Source of the DNA: Alphaproteobacteria bacterium
Lineage (GTDB): Bacteria; Pseudomonadota; Alphaproteobacteria; JBHICW01
Assembly (NCBI GenBank): GCA_046759785.1
Contig: JBHICW010000006.1
Span: 1,459-25,458, forward strand
DNA length: 24,000 nucleotides
Direction of reading: 5' to 3'
Below, in pieces: positions 22,972 to 24,000 of this stretch (its first letter is position 1; each line of letters begins with the position of its first letter). The notes beneath the pieces are model-generated. The model searched no databases and had not been told where the DNA came from. It was given only the letters and a program-made list of their open reading frames with translations. The translations under genes and the position numbers were made by a program.

Positions 22972-24000
22972 TCAGGCGGCGACCTCCCTCTCCATCTCCT
23001 CGCTGTACTTTCCAAAGCGCGCGGCGCCGGTGAGCTTCGCCCGGTGATGGAAGGCCTGCTGCGCGCTGGGGACGTTTTTTGCCTCACCCTTCCAAGCCTT
23101 GAGGGGCGCCGCCTGCAGCGCACGGCCGTAAGAGAAACTAAGCTGCCATGGATGTCCATCGGCCATAGCGTTCATGGCGTTCAGGTGGGCTGTAGCCTGT
23201 TCATCGCTCTGTCCACCCGAGAGGAACACGGCACCCGGTACGGCTGCGGGCACGGTGCGGCGCAAGCAGCGCACCGTCGCCGCGGCCACGTCGTCGACGC
23301 TGGCCTGGGGCCGGTGGTCCTTGCCCGGGAGCACCATGTTGGGTTTGAGGAGCATCTCCTCGAGCACGACGCGGTGCTCGAAGAGAGCGTGGAAGACGCT
23401 GTGCAGCGTCGCTTCGGTGGCGTCGAAGCACCGCTCGAGGCTGTGGCCGCCGTCCATCAGGACCTCGGGCTCGACGATCGGGACAAGGCCGGCCTCTTGG
23501 GACAGCGAGGCAAACCGGGCGAGCGCGTCGGCGTTCGCGGTGATGCAGTAGCCGCTGGGGATGTTCTCGCCGATCGTGATCACCGCACGCCATTTGGTGA
23601 ACCGGGCTCCAAGTTCGCGATACTCCGCCAGGCGGTCGCGCAGACCGTCGAGGCCTTCGGTCACCTTTTCACCGGGGGCCCTTGGCAAGGGCTTGGCGCC
23701 TTTGTCGACCTTAATTCCAGGGATCACGCCCTCGCGCCTTAGCACCTCCACGAAGGGCGTACCGTCAGGGGTGTTCTGACGAATGGTCTCATCGAAGAGG
23801 ATCACCCCGCTGATAAAATCTCCGATCCCGGGGGTCGTGAAGAGCAGCTCGCGATACGATCGGCGGTTCTCTTCGGTCGACGGAACGTCGATGGCCTTGA
23901 AGCGCTTCTCGATGGTGGGAAGGCTCTCGTCGGCCGCCAGAATTCCCTTGCCCTCGGCGACAAGCGCCCTCGCGGTGGTTTGAAGTTCCTGTGCGATCAT
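22972..24000 (-). CDS. fba: Fructose-bisphosphate aldolase, class I (342 aa)
   Basis: GKGILAADES, VILFDETI, IPGIKVDKG, LVPIVEPEVL, LLKPNMV (Schiff-base Lys region) and VFLSGGQS are class I aldolase blocks. The ATG is exactly at the window edge (24000). Confidence 0.9.
   Translation of the reverse strand: MIAQELQTTARALVAEGKGILAADESLPTIEKRFKAIDVPSTEENRRSYRELLFTTPGIGDFISGVILFDETIRQNTPDGTPFVEVLRREGVIPGIKVDKGAKPLPRAPGEKVTEGLDGLRDRLAEYRELGARFTKWRAVITIGENIPSGYCITANADALARFASLSQEAGLVPIVEPEVLMDGGHSLERCFDATEATLHSVFHALFEHRVVLEEMLLKPNMVLPGKDHRPQASVDDVAAATVRCLRRTVPAAVPGAVFLSGGQSDEQATAHLNAMNAMADGHPWQLSFSYGRALQAAPLKAWKGEAKNVPSAQQAFHHRAKLTGAARFGKYSEEMEREVAA

Noticed and set aside
1-24000. Search for CRISPR arrays, IS elements, integrases, tRNA/rRNA genes and long direct or inverted repeats
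   Set aside because: I recognised none by eye. The only repeats seen are intragenic low-complexity ones: the PTPLPEP duplication at about 20140-20250 and coiled-coil heptads at 17500-18400.

Overview
GC-rich chromosomal segment (GC judged by eye, not computed). The gene content looks alphaproteobacterial, based on the L31 type, a short catalytic-domain-only HprK and the Lpt/RpoN context. Almost all genes are on the minus strand. Positions 1-7631 hold one uninterrupted same-strand array: lptC-lptA-lptB-rpoN-hpf-ptsN-hprK-rapZ-EIIA(Man)-HPr-EI. This is a regulatory, permease-less PTS joined to the Lpt/sigma-54 operon, and its last five genes overlap start-to-stop. Next is a three-domain gene (acyl-adenylate ligase, carrier domain, lysophospholipid acyltransferase). 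The stand-out region is 10717-13077. A cobalamin (B12) riboswitch with its own sigma70-like promoter leads into a signal-peptide-bearing YVTN beta-propeller gene. An S41 Ser/Lys peptidase-like gene overlaps the propeller gene's 3' end by 59 nt. Neither protein belongs to any known B12 regulon class. The block abuts a roughly 30-codon glpD N-terminal remnant, which looks like a rearrangement scar. The right half carries an HAD-IIB phosphatase, rpmE, cyaY and an ABCB-type exporter. It also carries an orphan three-gene stator-like module: an OmpA-like protein, a MotA/ExbB-like channel with a helical tail, and a MotB-like protein with a roughly 300-aa coiled coil. After that come a suhB-like IMPase, efp, thiE (no canonical start codon) and a class I fba. 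I saw no tRNA, rRNA, CRISPR, transposase or integrase. Many long ORFs in the track are antisense or out-of-frame shadow ORFs, as expected in high-GC DNA. All homology calls rest on motifs I recognised by eye, with no database search.
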